DNA of 64,000 bases from Naegleria gruberi (lineage: Eukaryota). Positions within the stretch are counted from its first letter, which is position 1. Each line of letters opens with the position of its first letter. The notes under the pieces were generated by a model, which was not told the origin of the DNA, made no database searches, and was given only the letters and a program-made list of their open reading frames with translations. Location of the stretch: the NCBI GenBank assembly GCA_000004985.1, contig GG738918.1. One strand, given 5' to 3'. The position numbers and the translations under genes are program-made. Positions 8,470 to 20,299 of the stretch are shown here, one piece after another.

Positions 8470-10869
8470 ATGAGTCAACAAGAAACATCATCTGATATGA
8501 TTGATAATAATAATCAAACGACTGGTGGTGGAGATGAAGCAATGATTGAATCTCCAGTACTCACCTCTGAAATTAATGTTCAACAACCAACACAACAAGA
8601 AGAATCACAACAACAACAACAACAAACAAGCCTTGTTGCCGAAGATGAAGCACAAAACAATACCTCATCTTCATCTTCATCGAATACAACAAATGAAGAG
8701 AATGTTCCTTCCTCTAATAACCATACAAATACTGATAACAATGTTCAAAATGTTCAATCAACAAGTGTAAATACAAAGAAGGAACAAGAAATTGATACTA
8801 CAAAACCAAAAGGAGAATATATCATCGGAGGAGCTGATGATGATGAAGAAGAAGTTTATGTTCCTAAATATCAGAGTGATTCTCCACCTTTACAACTTGA
8901 ATGGAAAGATCTTAGTTACAAAGTTAAACAACCAATTGATGCTCCTGCTCATTTGAGTGTTCCTCAAAAGATTGGATTTAAACTGAAGAATATGTTCAAA
9001 AAGAAGGAAAAGGTTATTTTGCACGAAATGTCTGGATTTGTAAGTCCTGGAAGTACTCTTGCTATTATGGTATGTTTTTAATAGTTGAACTTTGTAATTG
9101 AAATATTGTGACAATATGAATCATAATTTTCATATGATGAATATGATCATTGTGATATAATAGGGTCCTAGTGGTGCTGGTAAAACATCTCTCTGTAAGT
9201 ATTATCATGATTTCAATCCATTCTAAACATCATATGTATTTAAGTGAATATTCTTGCTCAACGTGTTAAGGAAACATCTGGTGATATCACTGTAAATGGT
9301 GTCAAGATTAGTAGTAGTTTCCGTTCTTTGTCTGCATTCGTTCAACAAGATGACGTTCTTATGGGTAATTTGAGTGTTAGAGAAACATTACGTTATGCAG
9401 CTCTTTTACGTTTACCAAAGACAATTTCATGGAAGGAAAAGATGGAACGTGTTGAATCAATTATGGATGAATTGGGTCTCTTAAAGAGTGCTAATACTAA
9501 AGTTGGTACACCTGGTTTAACTAAGGGTATTTCAGGAGGTGAAAGAAAACGTTTGAGTATTGCCATTGAATTATTGACACAACCAAGTATTTTATTCTTG
9601 GATGAACCTACAAGTGGTTTGGATGCTGCTACAGCTTACAGTGTCATGAAAACAATTATCAAAATTTCAAAGGGTGGTAGAGCTGTCATTTTAACTATCC
9701 ATCAACCTCGTTCCAATATTTATGAACTTTTTGATAAGTTACTTCTTTTAGCTCGTGGTAAGATTGCTTATTTCGGTCCAGCTAAAGATGCCACTACATA
9801 TTTCGGAAATGTTGGTTATCCATGTCCAAAACAATATAACCCAGCTGATCACTTTATTGATCTAATTACTGAATCTACTAGTGACACTGGTGAAGGTAAA
9901 AAATTGAAACAAGAAGATAATGAACGTATTGAAAAGATTCTTACAAATTATAATCACACTGAAGTTGCTCCATCAGTTGATCACTTGAAGACTGATATTA
10001 AGAAAGCCAAGTATAATGCCAATTGGTTTACTCAATTCTTCGTTGTGATGGCAAGAGCATTTGTTAATATTTTACGTGACAAGATTTTAACATTTTCAAG
10101 ATTATTCCAGAATTTAGCGATGGCTATTCTAGTCGGTTTGATCTTTTTACAAATTGGTTATGATCAGCAATCTGTTCAAGATAGAAATGGTGTTCTCTTC
10201 TTTTGTTTAGTTAACCAATCTATGAATTCCATTTTTGGTTCATTAACAGTTTTCCTTTTAGAAGAAAAGAAAGTATTTTTAAGAGAACGAGGTTCTAAAA
10301 TGTACAAAGTGAGTGCCTATTATCTTGGTAGAAGTATCAGTGAATTGCCAAATATTATCTTCTTCCCAATCCTATTTGGTACAATTGTTTATTGGATGTG
10401 TAATTTGAATCCAGGTGCAGATCGATTCTTTGTTTTCCTTTTAATTTTAGTTTCAATGGCTTTAGCTGCTCAAGCTCTTGGTATGGTGTTAGCTGTATGT
10501 GCACCTTCAATGGAATTTGCAACTGCTATTGCACCTGTATTGTTAACAGTTTTGATGTTGTTTGGTGGTTTGTACATGAATGTTGATAATATTCCACCAT
10601 ACTTTATTTGGATTTATTGGTTATCTATTTTCCACTTTGGTTATGAAGCATTGGTATTGAATGAATTTGGTGGTGCTACTTTTGAATGTCCACCATCTCC
10701 ATCTGCATGTACCTATAGAACTGGTGAAGATGTTATTAGTAGAAATGCTATGAATAAGCCATACTCAAACATTTGGTTCAATCTTGGTTTATTGTGGGCC
10801 TTCTTTTTAGTTTATCGTTTTATGGCCTACCTCATTCTCGTATTTGTTGTCAAACCAAAGAAAGGATAA
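8470..10869 (+). CDS. ABC transporter, G-family (White-type) half-transporter; exons 8470..9069, 9164..9194, 9245..10869
   Basis: Introns 9070..9163 (GTATGT..TAG) and 9195..9244 (GTAAGT..AAG). The 31-nt mini-exon rebuilds the Walker A box GPSGAGKTSLLNILAQR across the splice. ABC signature ISGGERKRLSIAIELLTQPSILFLDEPTSGLD. Six TM helices at the C-terminus (NBD-TMD order typical of ABCG). Confidence 0.85.
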
Positions 10870-11036
10870 ATCTTTCAACTCTATGTGTAAATAAAAAACC
10901 TTTTATCAAATTTTTCAATCTTATACTTTCCTTTTTAATTCTACCAATCTTAATATTAGATTCTAGTGGACTCTCACAACTCTTGCAACTGTTGAACTGG
11001 TGAACTTTTTGAATAATAATTATACAATAGAAAAAA

Positions 11037-12248
11037 ATGAGAAAACGATCGAGTAGTGGGGGCGGAAGTTCTTCTCCTCAAAGTTTTACTTTCTGTGGTG
11101 GTGGTGATATTGAGAGCAGTTGTAAAACACCATCAATTTTAAAACCACTTGAAATTAAAACAAAGATAAAATCATCATTATCATATAATTATTCACCATC
11201 ACCTACTAGTGATGAATTAAGTAAAGATATGATAAATATTAAACAATTTTCACCCGATGATATTATAATAATAGATAAAATTGCATCAGGTGGATTTGCA
11301 GAAGTTTTTAAAATTCAAATTCATTCAACTATTTATGCAGGAAAGAGAATGTTAAAAAGTAGATCACAAATACAAAGAAATGTTGATAAATTTGCTAATG
11401 AATTAGTCAAGATGAATAGGATTTTTCAATTAGGATGTTCAAGAGTATTAAAACTTGTTGGTTATTGTTTTGATAAGGAAAATCAAAATTATTGGATTGT
11501 AACTGAATTTATCAATGTTGGAGATTTATATTCAATTATTCATTGTAAAGAACAAACTTTAAAGAGTCATCATTATGGATTAGAACGTATTAGAAATGAA
11601 TATTCAAAATTAATTGAATTAATTCATAATGATATGAATGTTAAAATTAAATTAGCTCTAGATATTGCTAAATGTATTGATGAACTACATTCATTAACAC
11701 GTTATGCTCATCTAGATGTGAAATCATTGAATATTCTTGTAGATGAAAATTTACAAATAAGAGTTGGAGATTGGTGTGATGCTAAACTAGTAGATGAATC
11801 AAGAGAACATTATCTCACTCCATTTCAACCACATGGTACAATATATTGGATGGCTCCTGAAATTGTTAAACAAAATGTATTTTGTCAAAAATCAGATATT
11901 TATGCTTTATCAATAGTTTTTACTGAATTATTAATTTTAGGTAAACCTTATCCTGGATTAAATGTTTTAGATGTTAAGGAAAAATTAGAGAGACCTATCA
12001 TTTCTAATCCAGCCAATAATAATAATACTGATAATACTAATTCTGATAATCAAATCAATAATACTGATAATATACCATATCGTATGAATATTATTGAAAT
12101 ATTGGAACAAAAGGGTTGTGATATAACTAATCAATGTAGAAATTTCATATCACTCATTGAAGATATGTGGAAAGAGGATGTTTCAGAAAGACTCTCTTCT
12201 AAACAAGTTGTAGAAAGATTATCTAATTTATTAGAAAGTGATGAATGA
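11037..12248 (+). CDS. protein kinase (TKL-like)
   Basis: Gly-loop IASGGFAEVFK, VAIK-like AGKRM, catalytic loop HLDVKSLNILVD, DWCDAK (DFG position), and GTIYWMAPE activation-segment motif. Confidence 0.75.
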   Translation: MRKRSSSGGGSSSPQSFTFCGGGDIESSCKTPSILKPLEIKTKIKSSLSYNYSPSPTSDELSKDMINIKQFSPDDIIIIDKIASGGFAEVFKIQIHSTIYAGKRMLKSRSQIQRNVDKFANELVKMNRIFQLGCSRVLKLVGYCFDKENQNYWIVTEFINVGDLYSIIHCKEQTLKSHHYGLERIRNEYSKLIELIHNDMNVKIKLALDIAKCIDELHSLTRYAHLDVKSLNILVDENLQIRVGDWCDAKLVDESREHYLTPFQPHGTIYWMAPEIVKQNVFCQKSDIYALSIVFTELLILGKPYPGLNVLDVKEKLERPIISNPANNNNTDNTNSDNQINNTDNIPYRMNIIEILEQKGCDITNQCRNFISLIEDMWKEDVSERLSSKQVVERLSNLLESDE

Positions 12249-12256
12249 ATCAAATT

Positions 12257-13075
12257 TTACAAATCCTTAACAATTGAATAGTGATATTTAAATTTCATTT
12301 GATCTTTTCTAATTGAATTAACAGCACTGTTATATGAATCAATTTCAAATGGTTCTTCAACTCCAAATTTCACTAATTCTTCAAATATTTTATCAACTAT
12401 TGCCCATTCTATCAAACATTTAATACTATATTTCTCAATATGATCTTTTTGATTTCTATTAAAACAAACCAAGTTATAGGAAAATAGTGCATGTACAATA
12501 CGAATCTGTTGTTCCTCTGATATTATATTGGATTGTTTGTATTTGAAAAGGAGATCTGAACTTAATTTGAGTGTAGTTGGATCTCCTGTAATCATACTCT
12601 ATTGTTAGTCAGTTAAATATCCCAAATATGTAAATATACTACTTACAGAAATTAACAAGTCAAAATCTTTACATGTGAAAAAGTCATTTCTAATTTCACA
12701 TTTATCACAATAACCATTCAAGAGTGAAAGACATTTTGAGAAGAGTGTTGCCTTGTTTGTCTTCCAAATAATTTCCTTAATACGACCATGTAAAAAACCA
12801 ATTGTATCATTAATACTATTGTAAACTCCATCAATATAATACTCTATAAAGTGATCAAATAAAATATTAATTATTGTTTGAAGATAATGGAAATGAACGT
12901 ATGTTTCAGAATCAGTGGTATCACAAGCTTCATCAAGAGATTGTCCAATCGAGAGTAATGTATTTTCATTAAGGAATGGTTGGATATTGTTATGTTGAGA
13001 ATCATCAAAACAATTAAAAAAATGGGTAAGAAGGATTCGAAAGTGAAAGTAGGTTGATGTAGTAGAAAATGTCAA
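12257..13075 (-). CDS. hypothetical Cys-containing protein; two exons 12647..13075 and 12257..12598
   Basis: 48-nt GTAAGT..AATAG intron (12599..12646) joins the 156-aa and 112-aa ORFs in frame. No recognisable domain. Confidence 0.5.
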
Positions 13076-13107
13076 ACTAATCTTTAATTATTCGAATTGT
13101 GTACTAG

Positions 13108-13447
13108 GTAGTTGCCGTAGGAGATGGTGCTGTCGGCAAAACATGTTTATTGATGGTTTATGTAGGTGTTATTGTTTTGCTTTCTTCAATGATTTTATTC
13201 GATTCTTGTGGAAACTTGTCCGAATACGCCATTTCTATGATGTTGTATTTTAATGTTCGGAATATCACACTTCATCTGTATCATCATAATTTTCCTATTT
13301 TACCAATAATATTTCATCAAAATTTTGTTTCGAATAACATAGGTAAATAATGAATTTCCAGAAGAATACATTCCAACAGTTTTTGAAAATTACGATACAA
13401 ATGTCAAACACAAGGGAAATAACATAACATTATCTGTTTGGGATACT
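13108..13447 (+). pseudogene. Rho/Rac-family small GTPase gene fragment (G1 to G3 region only)
   Basis: Exon 13108..13161 encodes VVAVGDGAVGKTCLLMVY (P-loop GDGAVGKT). A GT..AG intron spans 13162..13342. Exon 13343..13447 encodes VNNEFPEEYIPTVFENYDTNVKHKGNNITLSVWDT (Rho switch I and the WDTAGQ start). There is no ATG: an in-frame TAG sits just upstream and the opposite-strand gene starts at 13075. After WDT a GTACGT donor follows but no downstream exon (AGQE..) exists; instead opposite-strand genes follow. Confidence 0.6.
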
Positions 13448-13525
13448 GTACGTAATATTGTAACAACAACATTATACGAAACATCACATTGATCTATATA
13501 TTCTAAACATTATGAATCGCACATC

Positions 13526-13756
13526 TTAACTACCTATTGTTCGATGGAATGATTGTGAAGAGATTGAGAAAAGACCAGCAAGCTTTGTAAAATTTTCTTC
13601 CTTGTTCTCCTCGACACTATAATTTCCCAACTGGCCAAATAACTTTGCTGAATTGGTGACAAACGCATTCACAATATCTCCATTACTTTCGTGCATTAGA
13701 AAGAAGGAGTCAGCCATGTTGTTGAGCAAGAGTGGATCTGTAATATTTTGAGACAT
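13526..13756 (-). CDS. small roadblock/LC7-fold protein, tentatively LAMTOR2 (p14)-like, possibly C-terminally truncated
   Basis: PLLLNNMADSFFLMHESNGDIVNAFVTNSAKLFGQL parallels LAMTOR2 TLLLNNEGSLLAYSG..D..V.AAIASNIWAAY. Only 76 aa versus about 125 expected. No convincing downstream exon found. Confidence 0.3.
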   Translation of the reverse strand: MSQNITDPLLLNNMADSFFLMHESNGDIVNAFVTNSAKLFGQLGNYSVEENKEENFTKLAGLFSISSQSFHRTIGS

Positions 13757-13814
13757 TTTTTTTTAATTTGGAAACTTCCAAAATAAGATGATTTAAAATC
13801 TTTGATTTATTGAG

Positions 13815-16246
13815 TTAGTTGTTGCGTTGCTTCTTTTCTAAAACAACCCAATCCCATTCATAATCCAAAGAATATTTTTCTCTAATAAATAAATTTAAGA
13901 AAAGGTTTCTAATATAGGTATAGTCTGGTTCTTGGCAAAATTTCAGAGCTCTAGTATAATTTAAATAAGTGGCAAATTCAACAGGGAAACCTCTACAAAG
14001 ATTTACAATCTTGATATTCTTTTTCTTTTGATAAATATTGTTATAGTGGTCTTCCTTTGTGTTACCTGTCAAACCTTGCCAAGGAAGAGTTCCTTTCAAG
14101 AAATACAATAAAACATAACCAAGAGACTCAAGATCATCTCTTCTCGATTGTTCGTATCCTTTGTGATTATTTAAACTTGCATAACGAGCAGTACCTGTCA
14201 AATGTTTGTCTTTTCTTAAAGTAATATGACCCTTGTCTGTCATGTACATTTTTGATAACCCAAAATCAATGAGATATACTATATTTTCACTACCTGGGGA
14301 AGGCAAAGAAGCATTGGTTTGATAAGGAGCATTAAGAAGGTTTAACAACCCTGTAGGGCTATTACCAGGAACCTTTCTTCCCATCAAAAAGTTATCTGGT
14401 TTAATGTCACGGTGCACGAAATTTCTTTTGTGTGTATATTCAATTCTCTGGATCATTTGATCAGCTAACATAAGAACTGTCTTTAAGCTGAATTTACGAC
14501 TACATTTTTTGAATAAGCTTTCCAAGCTTTGACCAAGTAGTTCAAGAACCATAATATTGTATACTCCCTCAGTTCCGAACCAAAACACACGAGGTATACC
14601 ATGACAAATACTCATTATCTGATTATTGGATGAATTGGTTGTGCTATTACTACTAGTAGTACTATTTGGTTGTGCATTCATAAGGTATGAAATTACTTTT
14701 GCTTCATAAATTAATTGTTGTTTTCCACTATTAGCTTGGCCATTTTGTGGAGTTGGTAGTGTTTCTAATTTGACTGCATAATATTCTTCTCGTTGTTCTA
14801 TATTTTGGCACAAGAATACTTCACCAAATGCACCATTACCAAGCTTGCTCATCAATCTATACTTACTACCAACAATCAAACCTACTGGATAATTACTGTT
14901 AGATGAAGAAGGTTGTTGTGTCGTTTGAGTTACTGGTTGTTGTGGTGGATTGTTAGTAGGTTGAACTTGTGTTACTGGTTGTTGTGGAGGAGGCATTTGG
15001 GTTTGATTATTTGGCATTGAAGAAGGATAAGCAGTATTCTGATAAGCATGTGCTTGATTTCCATTATATGCAGGTGAATAACTTCTAGTGTTAATGTTAT
15101 TTTGATATGATCTTTGTACTATTTGTTCATCTGCAACAACTATTGGACAATTAATTGTAGATCCTGGTTGTTGTGGAGGCAATAAAGAATTGCTATTTAC
15201 TCGAGATAGAGAAGTTCCTTTTCCACTGCTAGAAACATAATTTGGAATATTTGAGTAATAGTAATTATTTTGATTAACATTATTTGGATAATTATACATC
15301 AAATTTTGTTGGTGTTGAGAACTTCCTGTTGATGTTGGAATTTGATTACTTAAACTACTCGATGGTCTTTGATATTGATTTGATGAATTTACGGCTAATT
15401 GATTATTTGTTCCTGTATATAAAAGATCATAATAACTATTGGTATTATAACCTCTTTGAGTTTGTTTTGATGTTGGAGTGATGGCTTGTTGACTATCTGT
15501 TTGTCTAAATGTTGTTAATAAAGAATCAACATATGCTGAACCTGAGCCTTCTGGTGGTTGGTGTTGAGGTTGTTGAGTAATGTATGGAGTTGAATCTACA
15601 TGTTGTTGTTGTGGATTGGTTGGACTACGGCTCGTATTTGCATGATAATTTGTTGTATTATAATATGAAGGTGAAGTATAAGAAGGATTTCCTGGAGTAC
15701 CTGTAGTTGTAGTTCCAACCATTCTACGTTGATTATTAATTGAAGAAGAAGTTGGTGTAGTTGGCGTGTTGTAATTTACAGAGGGAAGATAGTTACTACC
15801 TTGTTGAAACATGATTGATGATAAACTATTATTATTGTGCATTACTGGCGAATAAGAAGACATTGAAGGCATGTTAAGAGAATTTGATGGGTTAATTGTA
15901 GAGTATGGAAGAGTATAATGTTGTTGTTTGTTTGATGTCGTCTGGTTATTATAATACTAAATAATATTCATATTATGAACAATTAATTTCTTTTTCAATA
16001 ACTAATAATACATACATTTGTGTTTGGATTTGAATAGGGATAATAGAGCAAATTAGAACGGTCTGTTGGTTGAGGTGTTATTTCTCTCAAATTATTACCA
16101 GCCTCTTCTATTTTGTTTAATACCTTTCCATCATTATGCATGAGGCCTGTAGGTGTTGAATCAATTCCTACTACTCTGGAAGGTGCTGTTTTGTTGGTGA
16201 GAGGTGTTTTATCATCCTTCGCAGGCGTTGAATAAAGATAACTCAT
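13815..16246 (-). CDS. casein kinase I family protein kinase with a ~400-aa N-terminal Q/N/P/S/T/Y-rich low-complexity extension; exons 16016..16246 and 13815..15956
   Basis: 59-nt GTATGT..TTTAG intron (15957..16015) joins the 83-aa ORF in frame to the 685-aa ORF. The kinase domain is close to CK1 delta/epsilon over YRLMSKLGNGAFGEV, HRDIKPDNFLMG, LIDFGLSK, GTARYASLNNHKGYEQSRRDDLESLGYVLLYF. Confidence 0.8.
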
Positions 16247-17054
16247 GATGATTAGTTGAGGTTGTTGTTATTTTGGTGGGGGTGAAGAAGGCTGAGTTGT
16301 CTTTAAATTTTGTATTTGTTTTCCAACAGTAGGAGAGAATAAGGAAGTAGTCTGGTCAGTGGTAATATTTCAAAGGTGCGTCTTGTTCTAATAATATTCC
16401 TTTTTGCCCTCTCTAATAATTATTATTAACTAGTGGTAGTAGTTGGAGAGGATTGAAGGTGGAGGATTGAAGAGAGGAAGCACAAACGATTCTTAAATGT
16501 GTGTGCTACTTCTTTGTTTTTTGTTGATGAAAAGCCAATCTTGGATGGTGATGAAGGTTGACGACTGCGCAGGCTGACTCTACACGGAAGACGCAAAAGA
16601 TTCGATGAGAGAATTTTGTGTTGTTCTAGTGGTGTGATGAGGTTATTATTATTATTCCTTTTCTCTGCAACGTGTTATGTGGTGAAAGGAGAGAGATGTT
16701 TTTTCTTTTGAGCAACCACACAATACAAAGAAGGAAGAACAAATTGCTTTTGATCTTTGAATGAAAAAATTAAATTGATATAATTTGGGTTGACTTTTTT
16801 TGTTGATCAGGATGAAATGGTGAACAATAACTCCTTTCGAGTTACGCAATGCAGTGACAAGTTGTTGGGCAGCCAATATTACGTGTTGATTCTTTGTCCA
16901 GGTTGAACTTGCACTTTCTGTGAAGGAGATGAATGAAGTCCCTGTTTTCTGAGAAAGAATCATTATTTAACTTGTTAAACTCCTAAAATGAGAATTCTTA
17001 GAATTGACTAGCTTCTAATCACCTTCGTTTTTGTACAGGTTTGAGGTAAAAGAT

Positions 17055-19949
17055 TTATTGCTTCTTTGCTCTTTGTTCGAATACTTTGCTGAGTTCATTT
17101 GTGCTTGAGACAGCTTTGACTGGTTTAAAGAGACCTGACTTCTTTTTCTTTTGTTGTTGAATAATTTGTTCTGATGAGGATAAAGCTTGTTTAAGCTTTT
17201 CAATTTCATCAACTAAAACTTGTTTCTTTTGCTTTTGTTTTTCCTTTTCTTCTTGGGTTGCACTCTTTTGAGCTCTCAAAGTATCCAATTCATTTTGAAG
17301 CTCAATAATTCTGTTATTTTGGAGTTCAATTTTCTTATTGGCTGATTGAAGTTTGGATCTTTCACTTTGAATTTGTTGTCTTGAGTGATTTGCTTCTGTT
17401 TGAAGTTTCTCCTTCTCATCTTGAATCTTTTCCAATCTGTTTCTCAATTCGAACAAATCATTTGCCCAGTTTCTTCCCAACTTTTGCTGCTGTTGGTTGG
17501 TTGGAGTGCTTGGTTTGGCGGAGCCTTTCTCCATCTCCATTTGCAATTCCGCTAATTCTTGCTTAAGATTTTCTTTTTGGAGTGTTAATTGCTTCAAGTC
17601 CTTCTCCTTTGATTTGATTTGCTCCTCGTATTCTTCTTTGATTTTTTCATAGGATTCGGTCTTGTCCTCCATTAATTCCTCTAATGCTTTCACATCTTTC
17701 TTTAATTGTTTGATTTCATCTTTGATTTTATCGGTATCTTCCTCAACATCTTGAAGTTCTCCTTCAAGCTCTTCAGTTTTATCCTTCTCAGCATCGAGAT
17801 CATCTTCGGCTCTATCAAGTTTCTTATTAAGATCTTTCTCAATAGTTGCAGAATTTTTCTTTTCTTCTTTAAGCTCTGCCTTTAATTTTTCTATTAACTT
17901 ATCCTTCTTACTTTCAACTGATGCAGCCGAGTCTTTCACCTTTTTCACTTTTGTAGTGTATTCGTCAATTATGAAATCTTCCAAATCTTCATCAATTTCT
18001 GTACTTCCCTTTTTGGTCAACTCTGCCTTCTTAACTTGAGTTTTCAACATGACAATTTCTTCCTCTAGACTAAGATTTTCTTTTTCCAACTTCTTTAATT
18101 TATCTTTCAATTCATCAACTGAGTCTTCAGCAGCATCTAATTGCCCAAGATACTCATTAAGTTCAGTTTCTATATCTACACATTCGTCTTCAAGATTGAA
18201 TACTTCTTTTTCAAGCTTCTTTACCTTCTGAGAAAGTTTCTTGTTTTCTTTTTCTAATCTTGAAATTTCTCTCTTATTAAATTCCTCTACACTTCCTAAT
18301 TCAGCTTCAACGCTTGCGGTTTTTCTTTTCTCATCTTCGTGTTTGCATTCTAAATCAAAAATTCTTTCATTGAGTTGAGTGTTCAACTTTCTGTACATCT
18401 TATTACTCTCTGTCAAACTTTCAATGGATGAAATGGTTTTGGCTCTAGCCTCACTGTCAGAGATATTTTGAGCCATTTCAATCAGCTGGATTGCATTATG
18501 TTTGGCATCTTCCTTTGCATTTTCTAATTCCTTCATCAAATCTAATCTCTTCTTTTCTTCATCAAGGATTTGATCTTTGAGTGCTTTGACTTCCAAAGAG
18601 AGTTCATCAACTTTAAACTTGCATTCATTTCTAATATCTTCTTTTTGTTTTTCTGACGATTCAATTTTTTCATTTACAATGTCAAGCTCATCTTCAAGTT
18701 TTTCATTTGTTTCTTTCAGCTTTTTGATAGAACTCTTAAGGGTAGTATTTTCATTTGTAAGTTCCTTGATGGTTTGTTTGTAAGAAGATGTTTCTTCCTT
18801 ATATTTACATTCCAATTCATCCAACTTGTGAGCCAATTCGGCTTTTGAAAGAGAGTTATCGCCATCTTTGCTTGATTTGAGTATTGCTATTTGTTCCTCA
18901 AGTTTTTTAATGATTTGCATTAATTCTGTTGGGCTTTTGTAAGTGTTTTGTTTTGCTACACACTTGATGTTCTTCATTTTCAATCCGAACTTCAGACTTG
19001 AAACAGATTCTTCTCCACACAAAGGAGTTGGTGAAAGATTACAAATAAGGGTAGCCTTAGAGTTTCCCCCAAGAGTTTCTTTCAAAATTTTTGTTAGCTT
19101 CGAATCTTCAAATGGTATATCAGACTTCTTATCGAGGATGGAATCAACACAAACTCCTAGATTTGATAAAGACAATACAAGATTCTTTTGTTCGTCCTCC
19201 ACTGTTCTCTTTTCACTTCCTGCCATATCAACGAATAACAATTGACCTACAGTCGAAGAACTATCCTTGCTAAGACTTTCAACTCTAATGATGAAGATAG
19301 AATGTGATTGAGCAGGATCTTGATTTGTTCTTGTTGACAGTGAGAGCCTATTATTGTTTCCTATTTTGATTATATCAAGCATTTCATCTTCGGTTGTGAC
19401 ATATTCTTCTGTTAATCTATCAACGTAAACTCCTCTCTTTGGGGAATCAATTATAGTTAAATCTCTCTTTTCCTTATCAAATAAATCATTGATTTTTTCA
19501 TTATAAATTTCGAGGAAGGAACAACCAATCTTATATTCAATATTCTCATCTCCACTTCTAATAATTTCAAACATTTCCTTTGCAGTTCTTGGAATTAATC
19601 CAAATAATTCTTCCTTGTCAAGTGATCCAGTCATTGTATATGTTTTTCCTGCTCCTGTCTGTCCGTATGCCATCATTGTTACATTAAAGCCTTTAATAAC
19701 ATCTTTTACAAGTGGTTTACACACGTCTTCATATAATTCCTCCTGTTTTGTATCGTTCTTAAACACTTTATCAACAATGAAGGAATTATTTCCAATGGCT
19801 TGATTATCAGTTGATACCTTAAAAGTATGGTCTCCTTCAAAATCGTATGTTAATTTGTATGAAGTTTTCTCTTGTTTTTCCTTAGTTGTTATTGGTCTAA
19901 AACGAGCAACAACTCTAACGTTTTGCACTTGCCTCAAATTCGCAGACAT
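17055..19949 (-). CDS. kinesin heavy-chain-like motor protein: N-terminal motor domain and ~650-aa coiled-coil tail
   Basis: ATG at 19949 (MSANLRQ). P-loop GQTGAGKTYTM, switch II FVDMAGSEK, then a long E/K/L-rich heptad tail. The ORF track's earlier start is a TTG. Confidence 0.85.
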   Translation of the reverse strand: MSANLRQVQNVRVVARFRPITTKEKQEKTSYKLTYDFEGDHTFKVSTDNQAIGNNSFIVDKVFKNDTKQEELYEDVCKPLVKDVIKGFNVTMMAYGQTGAGKTYTMTGSLDKEELFGLIPRTAKEMFEIIRSGDENIEYKIGCSFLEIYNEKINDLFDKEKRDLTIIDSPKRGVYVDRLTEEYVTTEDEMLDIIKIGNNNRLSLSTRTNQDPAQSHSIFIIRVESLSKDSSSTVGQLLFVDMAGSEKRTVEDEQKNLVLSLSNLGVCVDSILDKKSDIPFEDSKLTKILKETLGGNSKATLICNLSPTPLCGEESVSSLKFGLKMKNIKCVAKQNTYKSPTELMQIIKKLEEQIAILKSSKDGDNSLSKAELAHKLDELECKYKEETSSYKQTIKELTNENTTLKSSIKKLKETNEKLEDELDIVNEKIESSEKQKEDIRNECKFKVDELSLEVKALKDQILDEEKKRLDLMKELENAKEDAKHNAIQLIEMAQNISDSEARAKTISSIESLTESNKMYRKLNTQLNERIFDLECKHEDEKRKTASVEAELGSVEEFNKREISRLEKENKKLSQKVKKLEKEVFNLEDECVDIETELNEYLGQLDAAEDSVDELKDKLKKLEKENLSLEEEIVMLKTQVKKAELTKKGSTEIDEDLEDFIIDEYTTKVKKVKDSAASVESKKDKLIEKLKAELKEEKKNSATIEKDLNKKLDRAEDDLDAEKDKTEELEGELQDVEEDTDKIKDEIKQLKKDVKALEELMEDKTESYEKIKEEYEEQIKSKEKDLKQLTLQKENLKQELAELQMEMEKGSAKPSTPTNQQQQKLGRNWANDLFELRNRLEKIQDEKEKLQTEANHSRQQIQSERSKLQSANKKIELQNNRIIELQNELDTLRAQKSATQEEKEKQKQKKQVLVDEIEKLKQALSSSEQIIQQQKKKKSGLFKPVKAVSSTNELSKVFEQRAKKQ

Positions 19950-20299
19950 CCTTCCGATTAGCCTTTGATACAGTACTAAAATCCTCAATGCAACAAAATC
20001 CTCAGTAAATTTTTCGAATGATTTTTTTTAAAGGTGCTGCCCTCAATTGCCGCTGCTTTTGGATACCAACTTCCGATTCTGAAAAGTTGTATTCAAAGGT
20101 CCAAACTCTAGCATTAGTTTCTCAATCAGAATCATCAAGAATTGAAAAAGTTTGGATAATTCAATACGTTGAGAGGAGTGCTCTGAACATTAGTCACCTT
20201 AGTACGGAACTTGGAAATCAGTCTGTGATATTAAAGAAAACATGAAGAATGAACTTGGAAACAACTTGAAAAAATTAGCTACATCTACATCAATTATCT

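Noticed and set aside
13150-13350. 66-aa ORF MMVYVGVIVLL...
   Set aside because: It is mostly read-through of the intron of the Rho GTPase relic. Only its first codons (..CLLMVY) are coding.
16540-16610. Possible U6 snRNA: the patch CTGCGCAGGCTGAC..ACGCAAAAGATTCG resembles the U6 3' half CTGCGCAAGGATGACACGCAAATTCG
   Set aside because: The invariant U6 core (ACAGAGAAGATTAGCATGG) and the 5' stem-loop are absent on both strands, so the similarity is partial and probably coincidental.
16652-16963. 103-aa minus-strand ORF in the kinesin-CK1 spacer
   Set aside because: Atypical composition, no start context, and it lies within the promoter/3' UTR region.
18049-18783. Ser/Phe-rich plus-strand ORFs inside the kinesin gene, and similar antisense ORFs at 51773..52481
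   Set aside because: These are antisense translations of GAA/AAG-rich coiled-coil coding sequence and have low-complexity composition. The opposite strand carries the conserved motor/coiled-coil gene.
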